From: Gnetum montanum
Lineage: Eukaryota > Plantae > Gnetophyta
NCBI GenBank assembly: GCA_015680685.1
Contig: MNCI01003364.1
Span: 1 to 64,000, forward strand
Reading direction: 5' to 3'
DNA length: 64,000 nucleotides
In this document: positions 13,330 to 27,320 of the stretch, in pieces
Numbering within the stretch: the stretch's first letter is position 1
Layout: each line of letters opens with the position of its first letter
Program-made: the position numbers and the translations under genes
Notes under the pieces: model-generated
The model's database searches: none
What the model saw: only the letters and a program-made list of their open reading frames with translations
What the model was told of the DNA's origin: nothing

Positions 13330-16300
13330 ATGGATGTTGACCATAGCAACCCAACATTGATACCTAATCCCATTCATGATTAAATGGATGAGTCATTGAG
13401 AGATTTTAAAGTAGAACCTATCACTTTGATTTCTACTTCTACATAGGATAAGAAGATAAGCCAAATAGATATCAACTGTTATATATTTTAGTTCCTTCAT
13501 CAGCATATGGAAAAGAACTTCAGTTCAACATCAATGCAAGATGTAGAATGCTTCCAAGAGTGGTGGTAATGGTAGATGATCAATGTAGAGAGAGATTATG
13601 AAGAGGTTTTATAAGTTGGAATCCCTTATCTTTCATGATAAGAAGGATCCTACCATTATCACTAAGTCACTTGAGAAGGCCCTTAAGATCTTCAAGCTAA
13701 TGTGTTATATTCTTGTGCAACAAACTCATTTAATAACTCACTAGTTTCATGGATTTGCTAGACATTGGTGGACTACTTAGGAGAAAGCATATCATTCAAA
13801 AGAGTTTGATGTTCATTACAGTAATTTTCTTAGTGTTTTTAATGCTTATTATGTTTCTTTGAAGTTTATAGAGGTAAAGGTTGAGGAGTTTTACTATCTC
13901 TACTAGGCAATTCGACTATGGAAAAGTATGATTATAAGTTGAGGATGTTTGTGTCTCACATACATTTGAATGAGAAGTCAAGGGTCAAATATATTTTTTA
14001 TGGTCTCCATGCATCCATCAAGGATCATTTTCTTTCTCTAATTCTTCAAACATATGAAGATTCTTGAGTTCATATACTAGATCTAAAGCATAGTTAGCTA
14101 CCTAAAGCAGTGGAACATGATTAATCTCAAAAGAGGAACCAAAAATCTTCTAGAAAATCTAGTGGATTCAAGTAGACTAAGAGATCTAGTTTAGGTAAGC
14201 ATAGCTCTCAATCATAGATAGTAGGTGGTAGAACCACTTGTAATTCCATTACTTGTCATACTTGTGTAATAGTTAGGTACATTGTAGGGAATGCCCCAAT
14301 TAGCATAACTATGGTTGGCCATGCCATAAGAGCTTCAACTATCTAAAGAATTCAAGATATGAATATCATCAAAAGGATGGCAAACCTACTAGTGGCCAAG
14401 GTAGTATTAGGATATATGCACATGTGTATGTTCTAATGGATCAACATGTTGATGCTCAACCTAACACCATGATAGAAATTAGAGGTATGATTTTTAATTT
14501 AGTTGTTTAGATTTTATTTAATCCTAATGAGAGCCATTATTTCATTGATTCATCAGTAGTTGGATGATTGGTTTTGGTTGGTAAGTATCTTAATCAAGGA
14601 CTTCCTATTAGCTATATTGGTAGTTGTGTTCTTACTATGGGCCAAATCTATAAGTTTGTATCCTTGGTATTTTAGAATGCCACTTGGCTTAGTGATCCTC
14701 AAATTATGAATCTAGTGGACTATGATGTTATCTTTGATATGAATTGGTTGTCTCTCTATCAAGAAATCTTGGATTATTATCACAAGGTACATTTCTTAAT
14801 GTCAAATGATAGTGTTTATATAATGGTGCATACATGGCTACACAAGTTTAAGTTGGATCATATTTCTTTGAGATATTTTCATTATTTTTTGAGGAAGGGT
14901 CATTTTTATTTGGCTATTTTAGCCACTAAACTTTATTTATCATTTGAGATAAATTAGATTTCCATTATTTATGAGTTTATTGATATTTTTCAATTTGAGT
15001 TACTTGGTCTACCTCTAAGGCATGATGTTGAGTTTGAAGCTTCTCTAAAACTTAAGGCTAAACCTATCCCCAAGATTTCATAGATAATGTTCCTTATTGA
15101 GGTAGCAAAATTGAAGATTCAACTTCTAGAGTTGCTTAACAAGAAAATGATTTGTCCAAGTGTGTCTCATTTGGATGCTCCTATCCTCTTTATGAAGAAG
15201 AAAGGTGGTAATATGTGGTTGTACATTGATCAATAACAGTTGAAATAGATGATAGGAAAGAACATGTATTCTTTACTATGCATAGATGATTCTTTCAATT
15301 AGTTGAAAGAAGCTTAGATGTTTTCTAAGATTCATCTAATGTTAAGGTACCACTAGGACTACATCAAAGAGGATTTTGTTCTTAAGACATCCTTCAAGAT
15401 ATGGTGACATTATAACTTCATCATCTTGCATTTGGACTTACTAATGCTTCTACAATGTTTATGTACCTCATGAATGACATCATGAGATCATACCTAGGCA
15501 AGGTTATTATCATGTTCATTGATGATATCTTGGTATACTATTCATTCGAGAAGTTGCATGAATAATATTTGAGGATCATTTTGTAAACACTTCGAGAAAA
15601 CTAACTATTTGATCAACCTTCTAGGTATTCCTTTTAGTGTTGATATATTCAATTCTTGGAGCATGTCATTTTGGAGGCTGGTATAGTGGTGGACCACAAT
15701 AAGATATTAGTTATTTACGATTGGTCTATTTCCAAGGATGTTCGAGAGATTCATAGTTATCTAGGGTTGGTAGGTTATTTTAGAAGGTTCATCAAGAAAT
15801 TATCCCATATTTCTTCATCCCTCATAAAGCTATCATAGAAGGATGTTGCTTTTTTTTTTTTTTTTTTTTACAGAAATCTTATTATCAAGATACCTTTGAT
15901 AAAATTAAGCTAAACTAATCTAGACTCCTATTTTGATTTTACCTACCTTAAGAAAACTCATTAACATTTGCACTAATGCCTTAAGAAAGGATTATGTGTA
16001 TGTTATTATGCAAGAGGAAAAAGTAGTAACCTATGCCTAATGATAGCTTAAGCTTCATGAGATATGCTACTTCACACATGATCTTGAGTTAGAAGTAGTG
16101 GTGTTTGCCTTGAAGGTTTGATGCCATGACCTATTTGGAGAGCAGTTAATAATTGGATTGGATCATAAAGAATTGTAGTATTTGATGAATCAATCATAAT
16201 TAAACCTATGTTAGAGGAGGTTTATTGAGCTATTCATTAATTTTAATTTTACCATCTAGTATCAAATAGAAAAAGTAATGTTGTTGTAGATGCCTTAAGT

Positions 16301-16637
16301 TGTATGACTGGTAAGATCCATAATTTGGTGATCTAATTCAATGTGATGAGTGAGATTCATGTAGAGTAGTAGCACAATCCTTGGTGTGAGAAGCTTAGGT
16401 AATCTAGTGATTCTTTAGTGATGGTTGATGCACTTGGGTTACTTTGTTGTAAGGATTGAGTGTGTATGCCTAATTCCTTATCATAGCATCTACTAGAGGA
16501 AGCTCATATTAGTAGGCTTTAGATGAATCTAGGCAATGATAATATGTACTAGATGTTGATGAGGTTGTACTAGTAGCTAAGCATGAAGAAGTAGATTGGA
16601 GAATTTGTTGCTAGATGTTTGATTTTTCAGTATGTTA
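13330..16637 (+). pseudogene. Tekay gag-pol, part 1 (gag, PR, RT, RH, start of INT)
   Basis: DYDVIFDMNWLS (PR end), FIDDILVY (RT), EIHSYLGLVGYFRRFIK, THDLELEVVVFALKV (RH), VARCLIFQ (INT zinc finger); many stops. Confidence 0.88.
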
Positions 16638-17695
16638 TGTTGACATTCTGGTATGTTAAAACCTTAAGGAAAATGAAGAACATAGAATGTTTGTGGAATG
16701 GGATGATTTTGCAAGGCATGAATGAGAACTCAAGAAATGAGATCTAAAAAGAAATGTCATAAAAAAGACTACCTAGATAAGATTAGAGTATGGACAAGCA
16801 CAGATAAAAATAAATATTGTGAGTCAAATGAAGATGCTTCAAGAATTGAGAAGAACAAAAATTAATGAGATGAAGTATTAAAAGATAAAGTGTAAAAATT
16901 AAGGAGACATCTACTATTTTTAGGAGATGTATCCACTAGAGAAGAGATGTCTCCCAAGAGAAATCCCACTTTCAAAGGAGACATCTCCCTTCAGTTAAAG
17001 TAAATCTTAGGTAGATGTCTTTGCCATGAAGATGTCTACTGTAGTCTTTAGATAGTTGTTGTATGATTTCAAAAGTCATGGGAAAATTTCAATGTCATAA
17101 GATGATTCCAAATTTTTGGGCATTAAGAAAGCACTATTAACATCAAAATAATCATTGTCATATATATGATATTGTATTCATGTCCTTCATTGTCACATCA
17201 TTTTCTTGTTTGTATGCTATGTTAAGCCTAAATGACAAGGTCCTGTAATTGTAGTTACATTCTTTCCTTCATTTTTAGATTCTTTCTTATTTTCATATGG
17301 GTTTGATGTGCTCCTTGCAAGAAGGCATCTGTATTGATGTCAAGATCCTGTAGGATTGAGTGAATTTGTAGCATCAAAAGACTTTAGAGTGGAGCTTAAT
17401 TTTGCAAAGGTTGTGGGATCCTTGAAACCACATTTTGAGCTTGTTGGAACCTTATGGGGTTGAGTGGTTTCATAATGAAGAAATACTTCAATGCAGAGCC
17501 TAATGATTGTATAGGATTTGGTGCCCATCAAATTACATTTTTGAAGAAATAAAGTTTGAAGGTGGTAAGGATTCTACCCTCTTAGTGTGGACATATCCAA
17601 GTTGGAAAACCACATAACATTTTGTGTTTTTGTGTGGTAGGTGCAACTTGTATTAGGGAACTTATTCAACCTTCCTTCTAAGTTCTTGATCCTTA
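16638..17695 (+). repeat. 5' LTR of SIRE-like element
   Basis: 17035-17695 matches 24370-25035. Followed by PBS tggtattagagt at 17698-17709. Confidence 0.85.
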
Positions 17696-17743
17696 AGTGG
17701 TATTAGAGTTGGTACTCTTCATTTGTACTACAAATAGTGAACT

Positions 17744-19556
17744 ATGAAGGAGAAATCATACACAAAGCCATCCATGTTTGATGTGTTTGATTTTGCCTAT
17801 TGGAAGGCAAGGATGCAAGGATTCTTCAAGTCAATGGATTTTAAAGTATGGGAGTCCATCCTTAAAGATTACATATTTCCCATTGATAATGCATCCAAGA
17901 CTCTCAAGCCACAAAGCCAATGGACACCAAAAGAAAAAGATAATTTCATGTATGATTTGAAATAATTTTTTTTATATTGTGCATTGAATAAGTCTAAATT
18001 TAATAGAGTATCTAGATGTAAAACTTCTAAAGAAATTTGATGGCTAATCCATAGTTAAATAATTAAAACTCTTGGTTTTGCAAACTCAATATGAAAAACT
18101 TAGAAAGAGAGAAGGAGAAAAGATAAAAGATTATTTCTCTAGGGAAACTAATCTAGTTGTAGAAATTAGGGGTATAGGCAAGGATTTGCTTGAAAGTGAT
18201 GTAATCATTAAAATGATTAGAACACTACAACTTGAATTTAGACCCAAGGTTACAATTATGGAAGAAAGTAGAGATTTTTTGATCTTAACATTTGAAGAGC
18301 TCCAAAGTGCTCTCATTGCTTATGAAATGAATCTCATAAAGGAGCTATAAAAGAAAAGCCCATTGCCTTGAGATCAACATCTAAAGAAAAAGATCTAGAT
18401 GAACATGGAATGAACAATGAAGAAGAGGTATTAATTTTATAAAGGAGGCTTCAAAAGATTTTAGCAAAAAGAGAAAAGATTTTCAATTAGCAAAGATCCA
18501 ACCAATTCAACATCAAAGGTAAGAATTTTTTCAAACTAAAATTTTGATGCATTTTCATTAGAATGTTGGATATGTGGTGGAAGAGGTCATGTGGCCTCTG
18601 AATGTCTTACTAATGGTATGTTACAATGGAAAGATAGTAATGATGTGGATAAAAAAAGGACCAATTTATACACAAGTTGGGATGATGGAGAACAGAGTGA
18701 AGAAGAGGTGGAGGATGATGTGAAAGACTAAAACCTCATCTATATGGCTCTCATAGATGATGATGCTAGCTTTTTAGATGATGATCAATTGGAGAATGAG
18801 GAAGAGAGGTATGACCTATTGTCTAAGGAAATCTTATCATTTCAAAGTATTTGTGTAAAGTTAACTATGCAAATAAAAACCAAGGATTAAGATATTTCTT
18901 CATTAAATATAATAATGTATGATATCACAAAAAAAATCTCAAACCTTAGGGTAGAGAATAAAGAGCTAAGCAAGTCTTATGAGAAGATTAAGGATGAACT
19001 TATAGATGTCAAAAGTGTAAATGAAAGGCTGGATAAAGGAAAAGAGTCCCTTTGGATGGTTCTTGAGAAAGGAAAAAGTTCATATGATAAACGTGGACTA
19101 GGATGCTGCTCACAAGAAGAGGCATCTACATAAACTTCATTTGGACAAAAGAATTCTCCAAAGATTGAAGTATTAACAAATATCACATTCCAACCATGAA
19201 TAGCTCCAAGGTTTGATTACTCTAAGCATAATAGAAAGGCTAGATGCTATAACTATAATAAGTTTGGGCATAAGCAATGGAATTGCAATATGAAATATTA
19301 TCATATGAATGTTTGGTTATATCATAAGACTTCTTGGTCTTACCCAAATGTGTCTATAAAGGAAACTATCTAGGACCAAAAGAAAACAAGGATAACTCAA
19401 AAGGAAAAAGAAGCTAAGAAGATATGGCGAATTAAAAGAAAAGAAAATGAAAGTAATAAGACCCTTTCCAACAACTTTGTGAAAGGAATGGAGTGCTTGG
19501 AAATAGAGGAAGTTGATGCAAGAAGAGATACCTCAATAGAGGAATCTCTTTCTTAA
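17744..19556 (+). pseudogene. gag: copia gag (UBN2, zinc knuckles, coiled coil)
   Basis: KPSMFDVFDFAYWKARMQGF..DFKVWESI; LQTQYEKL..EGEKI..; CWICGGRGHVASEC knuckle at ~18563; SYDKRGLG motif. Confidence 0.88.
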
Positions 19557-19595
19557 TCTTCTTAGGTGCTCTCATCTTTTCATCAGCAAGGAGGG

Positions 19596-22202
19596 TGTTG
19601 GCACATTTTCAGCCATTACATGGAGCAGGAGTTTCAGTTTACTTACAGAGAATAAAAATAAAATAGGTGTTAAAATTTGGATGAGTTTTACGGTGGTAAA
19701 ACACATATTTTATTTTTAACCTTACATTGGGCAAAGAATGTAATATTTCAGCATATTACATTCAACCAAACTCAGACTGGGTCAGTAGCGGTGGCGGACA
19801 CGAGATATGCCTAGCCTGGCCATACAAATGTATCAAGGATGAACATTATTCAAGAATGGTGTTGGTCCTACTTTCACAAAAGCAAATGAACAGAGAAAAT
19901 AGATTCTGTGGTAAGAAGAAACAGTATAGCATACTGCACTGAATTCTTTTAGAGACAAGGGGACATCTTGTGCTCTCAAAACAAAAAAAAAACGCAGTAT
20001 CAATATAGCAACAAAAACAAGTGATGCTTGCCGCTAAAATTTTGCCAAGAAAATGCCAGAAATAACTTCATATTCCTCTTCAGAATTTTGTCAAATACTT
20101 GCCGTGCAGGGTTTCTTTTTATTTTTTCACAGTGAGCCTAATTTCTTGGCCAGAGGCTACAGTAAAATGAATGAAACAGGGCTAAAACACAGACGGTTAC
20201 GATGCCTACACCTATGCCTACGATTCTGGACGGTTACCAGCAAAAAAAAAAAAAAATACAAATGTGCTGGACTTGAACGCTGCCCATGTATAGGAGCAGG
20301 ACACCATCGCCGAGGGTTTACAATCTCAAGCCATTTCATCGCCAATATGGGTAAAATAGTAACTACTGCCGAGCTGTGCGTAGAAGCTGTTCCAACTGCA
20401 ATCGTGTTTGTGGGGGTTCAATGGACAACACACAGCCATAGCAGATGTGGAAGACATGGAGATGGCGGCAGCAGAGCAGCGGCAGGGCTTCAGTGACATC
20501 AGCAATGAACCAACGATGGTGGCAATCGTGACCTCGGGCCAATCCAAGGCAGAGCGGTGGCGGCAAAATAGTGGACGGAGCAAGTTCGGTGGAGTGGAAC
20601 AACACAAATCGCGGGAATAGGCTGTGTACAGGAGAAGCCATCGGGCAACGTGGTTAACTACGTTGGAAAATTATTTACTTTTGAAACGTATTTTCCATTT
20701 CATAAAATTAATTTTATATCCAATTATATTCCTTGTAAAAATGAAACGATTACGTTTCTAAAGCCTCAAAGATAAACATTGGATATAAATGCTAGATAGC
20801 TACCTATTAAAGTTATTTTCAAAGACACAATTCTTGGGATATTTACACTTGTCAGTTGCAGATTCTTTTTATCATAACTATCCAAAATTGTTGTAACTTA
20901 CCTAACTTGTTGGGCAAGTACTCTCCTAATTGGTTGGCCAAGTTACTTGGGAGAAAAGTTAGGTAAGATATTTTTGAACATGTAACTTACCTAACTACCT
21001 TTGAACCCTATAAAAAGGCTTCAGGGGTCATGGGGGAAAACACAATTGGGGTCTCACACATTACACTTGGATTTTGGAAGATTTTTAAAGAAGATGTCTT
21101 ACTAAAGAAAGGATTTCAACCTCTTTGTCATGGTCCTGTGAGTTATGCATTTCGATTTTTGTTTTGTTTAAATTACTTAGCTAGTGGTTTAGATAGTATC
21201 ATCCTTGGCAAGTAATTTTGGGATTTTTAGATTGCTCTTATTGTTCTTGTTGCCCGATAGAAATTTCTATTAAAATTTTGCCATAGAAGCGCTTGTGTTT
21301 AAAAGCCTTAAGAGCATTTTAGTAGTAAATTTCATTATTGTGCAACGTGTGGGAACTGCTATTGGGATTGTTGTAAGAGAGCCTCTGTTTGTAGTCACGC
21401 CGTTGAACAATTCAGTAGTCGAGAGGGTTCAGAAAATCTTTGGTATTTTGATGGGACCAGAATAGCTTCTTTTTATCTTTAAAGTGAATTCTCGTGGTAT
21501 TTCAATCAGAAATTGTCAAGTCTTTTAAAGGTTCTGTTTGAATGCAATCGTTGACATCTATTATCTAGTCAAAATGGAGTCTCGTACGTGGTAGTTTACG
21601 CAGCAATTTTTGGTAGCATAATAGGATTGTCTTGAAGATATTGCTTGTTTGAGCCTTGGAAGTTTGAACAATTCGTAGATATTGAATTTGGGATAGATTT
21701 ATTGCAAAGTGTTTACTCGTGTCATTTTACCTTGTTTAAATATTTGAGGTCTACACAAATCTGCTTTCTTTTCTTTTCTGCTTATTTCCATCGAATCTTG
21801 CTCTATTTCTAGTTTTCTTGTGGAACTATCTCTTTCTCTAGGGAAAATTAGGAGTAGATTGCGGAGTTGTGCTCAAATGTTTTTGCAAAATTTTATTTGT
21901 TACAAGTAGGTATTATAAGGACCGCATAGACTAGGCAGTTGAACAAAATAGGAAATTTCCAACAACTCACAGTACTTGGCAAAGTTGGCTGAATCTCTTT
22001 AAAGTAAGTCATTTTTAGTTTACATACAACGCAATCGTTCCATTCCCCACAACCACACACCGCAATAGCATACACACATACTCACATTAACTATTGAGTT
22101 TATTTAGAGGTATCTGGGCCTTGGTGTAGCCAGAGACCAGCAGGCACCTAAATCCTATTCGAGGACACTCGTTGGCGGTCGCGTCCCAAATGGTTGCCAA
22201 CA
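19596..22202 (+). mobile_element. solo LTR of the TatII family
   Basis: Perfect 5-bp TSD GAGGG (19591-19595 and 22203-22207). Terminal IR TGTTGGCA/TGCCAACA. 3' 1.35 kb matches 5820-7200. Confidence 0.95.
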
Positions 22203-22575
22203 GAGGGTAAGTAGAGATAAGTTTCTAATTCATTGTAAGTATCTTTTAAGACCACAATCCTTGGCAACCATCCCTATGCCTTATCTTGTTAAACCCCTTC
22301 TTGCTTAGATGTCTACTAGGATACATCTCTCATGAGATGTCTACATTGAAAATAAGACGTTTCCCAAGAGACACCTACTCTAAAAACAAAACATCTATTT
22401 GAGATTTTGTTCACTGGGACAGAGACATCTAATTTTCAAAAGAGAGATCTACCTGTAATTTTAAGTGCAGAGGAGACATCTATATTTTAAAGAGACATCT
22501 ATTTCTTCTTTAAAAAATCTTGTTGAGCATAATTATATAAATCCAAACCCTTATTTTTTACTCATTTCAACATAG

Positions 22576-24232
22576 ATGTCCAAGGAAAGTTGACTAGGGC
22601 CCCACCAATGATAGTGACTTGTGCATCTGTGGCCCATAAGAAGGTTGGAACATCAAGGGTGCCACTAAAGAAGAAGTCAAAGGGAGCATCCACCAACAAT
22701 CCAAGTACCTACAACCCCCAGTCCAAATCCATCAACATCCAACATTAGTTTGAGGTAACTCAAACTATTTCCATCATCTTTGAGCATTCTCTTACTTTCC
22801 CATAGCATAGGCAAAAGGAGTTGATGAGTTTCTTTAAAGGATTGAATTAAGTCACATTTATCTCTAAGAATTTTCTTGTGTCCAAAATTCTCATCAAAGA
22901 ATTTTACAACAACATAGTCATTATGAATGCCTCTATTAGAGCCTTTACTGTTATGGTTGGAAGTTGATAATTGATGTATCTTGTAAAGTTGTCAATGCAC
23001 TTCTTGGAATTTCTAGTGCTAACAAGTTTAGGATCACCATTCATTCCATGAGTGAAATTTTTATGAATGGTGTAATGCCCATCTCCCAAGATGAATTTTG
23101 TGATGCTTTGTTTGGGAAGTTAGTGTCTCTTCATATTAGGAGGATTTTTAGGAGTTAGATGATCCCAGATGCTTTCATCTTATCACTCATTATTTTTTAT
23201 AACATCTTTGTAAAAGGAGGAAGCTATAATTATTTGTTTCTTGACCAGTTTTTTTTGTATTGCCTTCTTATAGGACAACCATTGGACTTGGGTCATACTC
23301 TCTATTGTGACATGTTGGGTTTGTTTATGAAGGAGAGAATCCTTGGGCACCCTCACCTCATTAACTTGTTAATTTGATAGAGGGTTGTGCCCATTCCTAA
23401 CAATTCTTTGATTAAAGGTAAGAGGAGCCTTAGTGATTATGTAGAGAAGATGAGCTCCACCCATGTTGAAAAAGAAGAAACCAGCACTAGGCCTCCTAAG
23501 TCCCAAAAGAAGAAATCTTCATTACCATCTCAGACCTCTCTATAGTTGAGAGGATCCAAATCAGCTAGAAATCAGGTGAGATCTTTACTAAAGAAGTTGC
23601 TTCAGCCATTTGCTCATACCTTAGGGATGATTGGTAGGAATCTCTCTTGCCTTTGTAGGAGAATGCATGTAGTTAATGTACCTCTTCCTCATGATGGATA
23701 GCAGTTTGAGAAGATCACCAATGATTCCATTTTAGATAATGAGGAGGACCTTCTTGCACCATCCAGACAGTGAATAGAACCTTGTCCTTTCTAGACCTAT
23801 GACTCTGAAAATGCCTCCTATTCAAAAGAGCTTTATGCATCACTAGCACATGTCCAAGGGGAGCTTGATGCATTAACTCCTATCCTTAGGATGATGTTTC
23901 AATGACATTTGAGCAGTACACTATGGAGAGAATCTTTGGGACTTCTTTCCAAAGGAGACCTACCAAACCTCTCACCTATCATAAGAAGGGAGCTTCCTCA
24001 CCCTCTTAACAAGCTCCATCCTAGCTAGATCCACTTGCTTCATCTTGATTTCAAATGAAGCTTCATCCATGGAGAGTGCCAGTCTAGCTGCCTTCTTCGA
24101 ATGATGATGAGAAGTAAAAAATTCCCAATGCTAGTATCAGTAGTGATGATGATGAGGAGGAGACCTACAGACCTTCTCAAGTTACAACTACTTAAGATGA
24201 GGATTTAGATGATGCAATCGAGGTTAGTAATT
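22576..24232 (+). pseudogene. SIRE env-like / Transposase_32-like accessory ORF
   Basis: VSKILIKEFYNNI...IDVSCKVVNALLGI...FLYCLLIGQPLDLGHTLY pattern, located between gag and PPT; many stops. Confidence 0.65.
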
Positions 24233-24369
24233 AGAGTTCTTTTTGATGATGTCCAAAATGGGGGAGATAGTTTTTGATGATGTACACATATGTGGTTTTT
24301 GTTATGGAATTACATATGTTTTTTTTGTGCATGTTAAGGATATGATGGATAGTTTATGGATAGATTATG

Positions 24370-25035
24370 TTTCTACTCTAGTTGTTAGATAGCCATTGTA
24401 CGATTCCAATAGGTGTGGGGAAACTCTGATGCTATAAGAAGACTTCAAATTCTTGAGAATTAAGTAAGCCTTGTTAACATCAAAACAATCATTGTCAAAT
24501 ATATGCTATTGTATTCTTGTCCTTCATTATCACATAATTTTCTTATTTGTATGCTGAATTAAACCTAAATAGCAAGGTCATGTAATTGTAGTTACATTCT
24601 TTCCTTGCCTTTTACATTCTTTCTTGTTTCCCTATATGGTTGATGTGCTTCTTGCAAGAAGGCATCCATATGGAGCTTTTTGGATCTTATAGGATTGAGT
24701 GGTTTTTCAACATCAAAACACTCTATAATGGAGCTTAATTTTGTAAAGTTTATGGGATCCTTGAAACCACATATTAATCTTGTTGGGACCTTGTGAGGTT
24801 GAGTGGTTTCACAATAGTGAAATACTCTAGTGTAGAGCTCAATGCTTGTACAAGGTGTGATGTCTTTCAAAGCACATTTTTGAAGAAATAAAGTCTATAG
24901 GTATGCAAGGATTCTACCCTTTTAGTATGGACATATCTAAGTTGGAGAACCACATAAAATTTGGTGTATTTGTATGGGATGTGTAATTCTTATTGGGAAA
25001 CTTATTCAACCCCCCTTCTAAGTTCTTGATCCTTA
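24370..25035 (+). repeat. 3' LTR of SIRE-like element, 5'-truncated by ~0.4 kb
   Basis: Homology to the 5' LTR starts only at ~17035 and ends in the same gatcctta terminus. Confidence 0.8.
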
Positions 25036-25040
25036 GGTTA

Positions 25041-26160
25041 AACTTGGGCCCTAGCAACCATGTGGCTACTTGTGCCTTCACACTATTCTAGAGTATAAGT
25101 GGAAGGTAATTGATATGGATTTCATTACTGATTTACATTGCACTAGGATTGGAAAGGATCTCATTCTTATTGTTGTTGACCTATTGGCCAAGTTACTTTA
25201 TTTTCTAGCTACAAAGAATTAAGCTAGTATAAAGAATGTTATGTAGTTGTTGATCTCTAAGATCATACGATTTCTTGGAAATCCTACCAAGATTCCCTCA
25301 AATTGTGATGCTAAATTTTCTTCTTGATTTTGGCACGCATTCATGAATAGTCTAGGTACTAGGCTAAATGTCAGTTTATCATATCATCCACAAACTGATG
25401 GTCAAGTTAAGAGATTTGAACAAGTGTTGAAGACCATACTAAAGTCTTGTGCTTTATAGTATTTAGACAGATGACATAGTCTATTTCCATTGGTAGAGTT
25501 TGCCTACAATAACAAATACTAATCAGGTTTGAAGACAACATAATACAAGGTTTTATATGGGATATATTATTGGAGTCTCTTTTATTGGGATTGAGAATAG
25601 GCAGTGTATTAGTTTAAATGTTGTAATGAGTATGAACAAGTAGATTAGGAAGATTCATGAGTAAATTAAAGTAGCTTAGGATTTTTAAGTGAGTTATGCA
25701 AACCATAGAAGAAGGCCTCCGAAGTTTATAATTAATGACAATATGTTTGTTCATGTATCTCCACTAAAGTGATTAATGCATTTTAGTCAAAAAGAAAAGC
25801 TTACACATCATCATATTAGACTAGTTGATATTCTTCAGTATATAGGAGAGATGACATATCATGTTGGTTTACCTTTATAGCTTTTAAGCATGCATGATGT
25901 TTTTCATGTCTCCATGCTAAAGTAAATGTTCCCAATCTTAGTCATGTTGTGGATTGGACAAAGGTATAAATTCAAGCTAATGCCTCATATGTGAAGCATC
26001 CCATTAAGATTATGGACTAGATGGAGTATTAATTCCACAACAGGATAGTACCCATGATGAAGGTCCTATGGATTCATCATGATTCTCAAGAGACTACTTG
26101 GGAGCTTAAGTCTGATTTATGTTCATTCCATTCTAAGATCTTTTAGGAGGAAGATTCTTA
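25041..26160 (+). pseudogene. Tekay integrase core and chromodomain (part 2)
   Basis: WKVIDMDFIT..IVVD; YHPQTDGQ; LVEFAYNN; HDVFHVSML; chromodomain-like VPMMKVLW.H...ETTWE; PPT agcagggatgaggc at 26161-26174. Confidence 0.88.
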
Positions 26161-26174
26161 AGCAGGGATGAGGC

Positions 26175-27134
26175 TATAACAAATTTCATTTTTGTTTATT
26201 CTTAGTATGTATGGACCTTTATCAAGATTGTTTTTCTTATGCTTGTGTGGGTATAATGCTTAATATTAAGTTGATATATTTTATGATTTTGCACTTGATA
26301 TTTCATCTTGATGAGTTTTGAGATACATTTCTTTATAATGTTATTAGCTACATGTGTGTGTGTGTGTGTATTAACATTTGACACGTGAACTAATCCTATT
26401 ATTAAGTATGATAGGACTTAATGAGAGGATTGATTATGAGCATGACATGGCTAATGATATATGATTTTCTTAAGTATATTTTATGATATTGTCTGTTTTA
26501 TGGTATTGGTAGCTATTTGAGTTATAGTTAATTTAATTATTTTTAGTATTATTTTAAAGAGGTTTATTAGGATATTTTGGGAATATTTTTTTTAGCATAT
26601 GCTTTGTTGATTATTTTAGTAGGTATGGATGTTAGGTAAGAGTTGAGGAAGTTACATGTGTGATGAGCAGTTTTGATGAAAATATTCTTTTAGTTTAACA
26701 TTTATTTTGGTAATTATCTATTTTTTTGACTTTGTTAATCTTTCATTAAAACTTTCACAACTCTTTCATTTCATATACCTTGACAATTTAGGATCATAAT
26801 AGAGAGATTCTATGAGAGATTGAAGTTGTTGGATTTTGGACCAATTGTGCTATTGCTTGGAAATTTTTTACATTACTCTCCTATATTGTGGATTTCTTCA
26901 TGTAGATTTGAAGGTGAGTAATATTAACTTCTTTTCCATTTACATTTGTAAGTTTTTTCACATCTGTAGGATGAGTTTTATAATATTAAATTTATGTTTT
27001 ATATTATGCCATTCATGGACTATGTATATTGTTTTGATCACCTTGAAAGTAAACTAGTAGATTTGATGTATGTGTAATTTTTCATTGATGGTAATGTTGT
27101 TTCTATTAATTTAAAGTATAGGTTTTGTGAGAAT
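26175..27134 (+). repeat. Tekay 3' LTR, part 1
   Basis: Matches 9762-10755; interrupted by Athila at 27135. Confidence 0.85.
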
Positions 27135-27320
27135 TGATGAGTGACAAGGAGACCCTACACCCAACCATATGAATCACTATTCATTCATGCACAATCTAGT
27201 AAAATTCTGTGGACTTATAGCCTTATAAGTACATTGATCTTTAGGAAGTAAAACTAACCATTGTAATCATTGTCTTCCCAATTACACTTGTAAAATGCAA
27301 AGGTATGATTAAGTGCAACT
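27135..27320 (-). repeat. Athila 3' LTR piece A
   Basis: Matches 55751-55936; continues at 45029. Confidence 0.88.

Larger units (their letters stand above)
16638..25035 (+). mobile_element. Ty1/copia SIRE/Maximus-like non-autonomous element (gag + env-like ORF, no pol)
   Basis: Near-TSD TGTTA (16633-16637) / GGTTA (25036-25040). LTR 3' end ATTCAACCCCCCTTCTA. iMet PBS. UBN2-type gag. TTGATGATGTCCAAAATGGGGGAG PPT-like motif. Confidence 0.85.
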
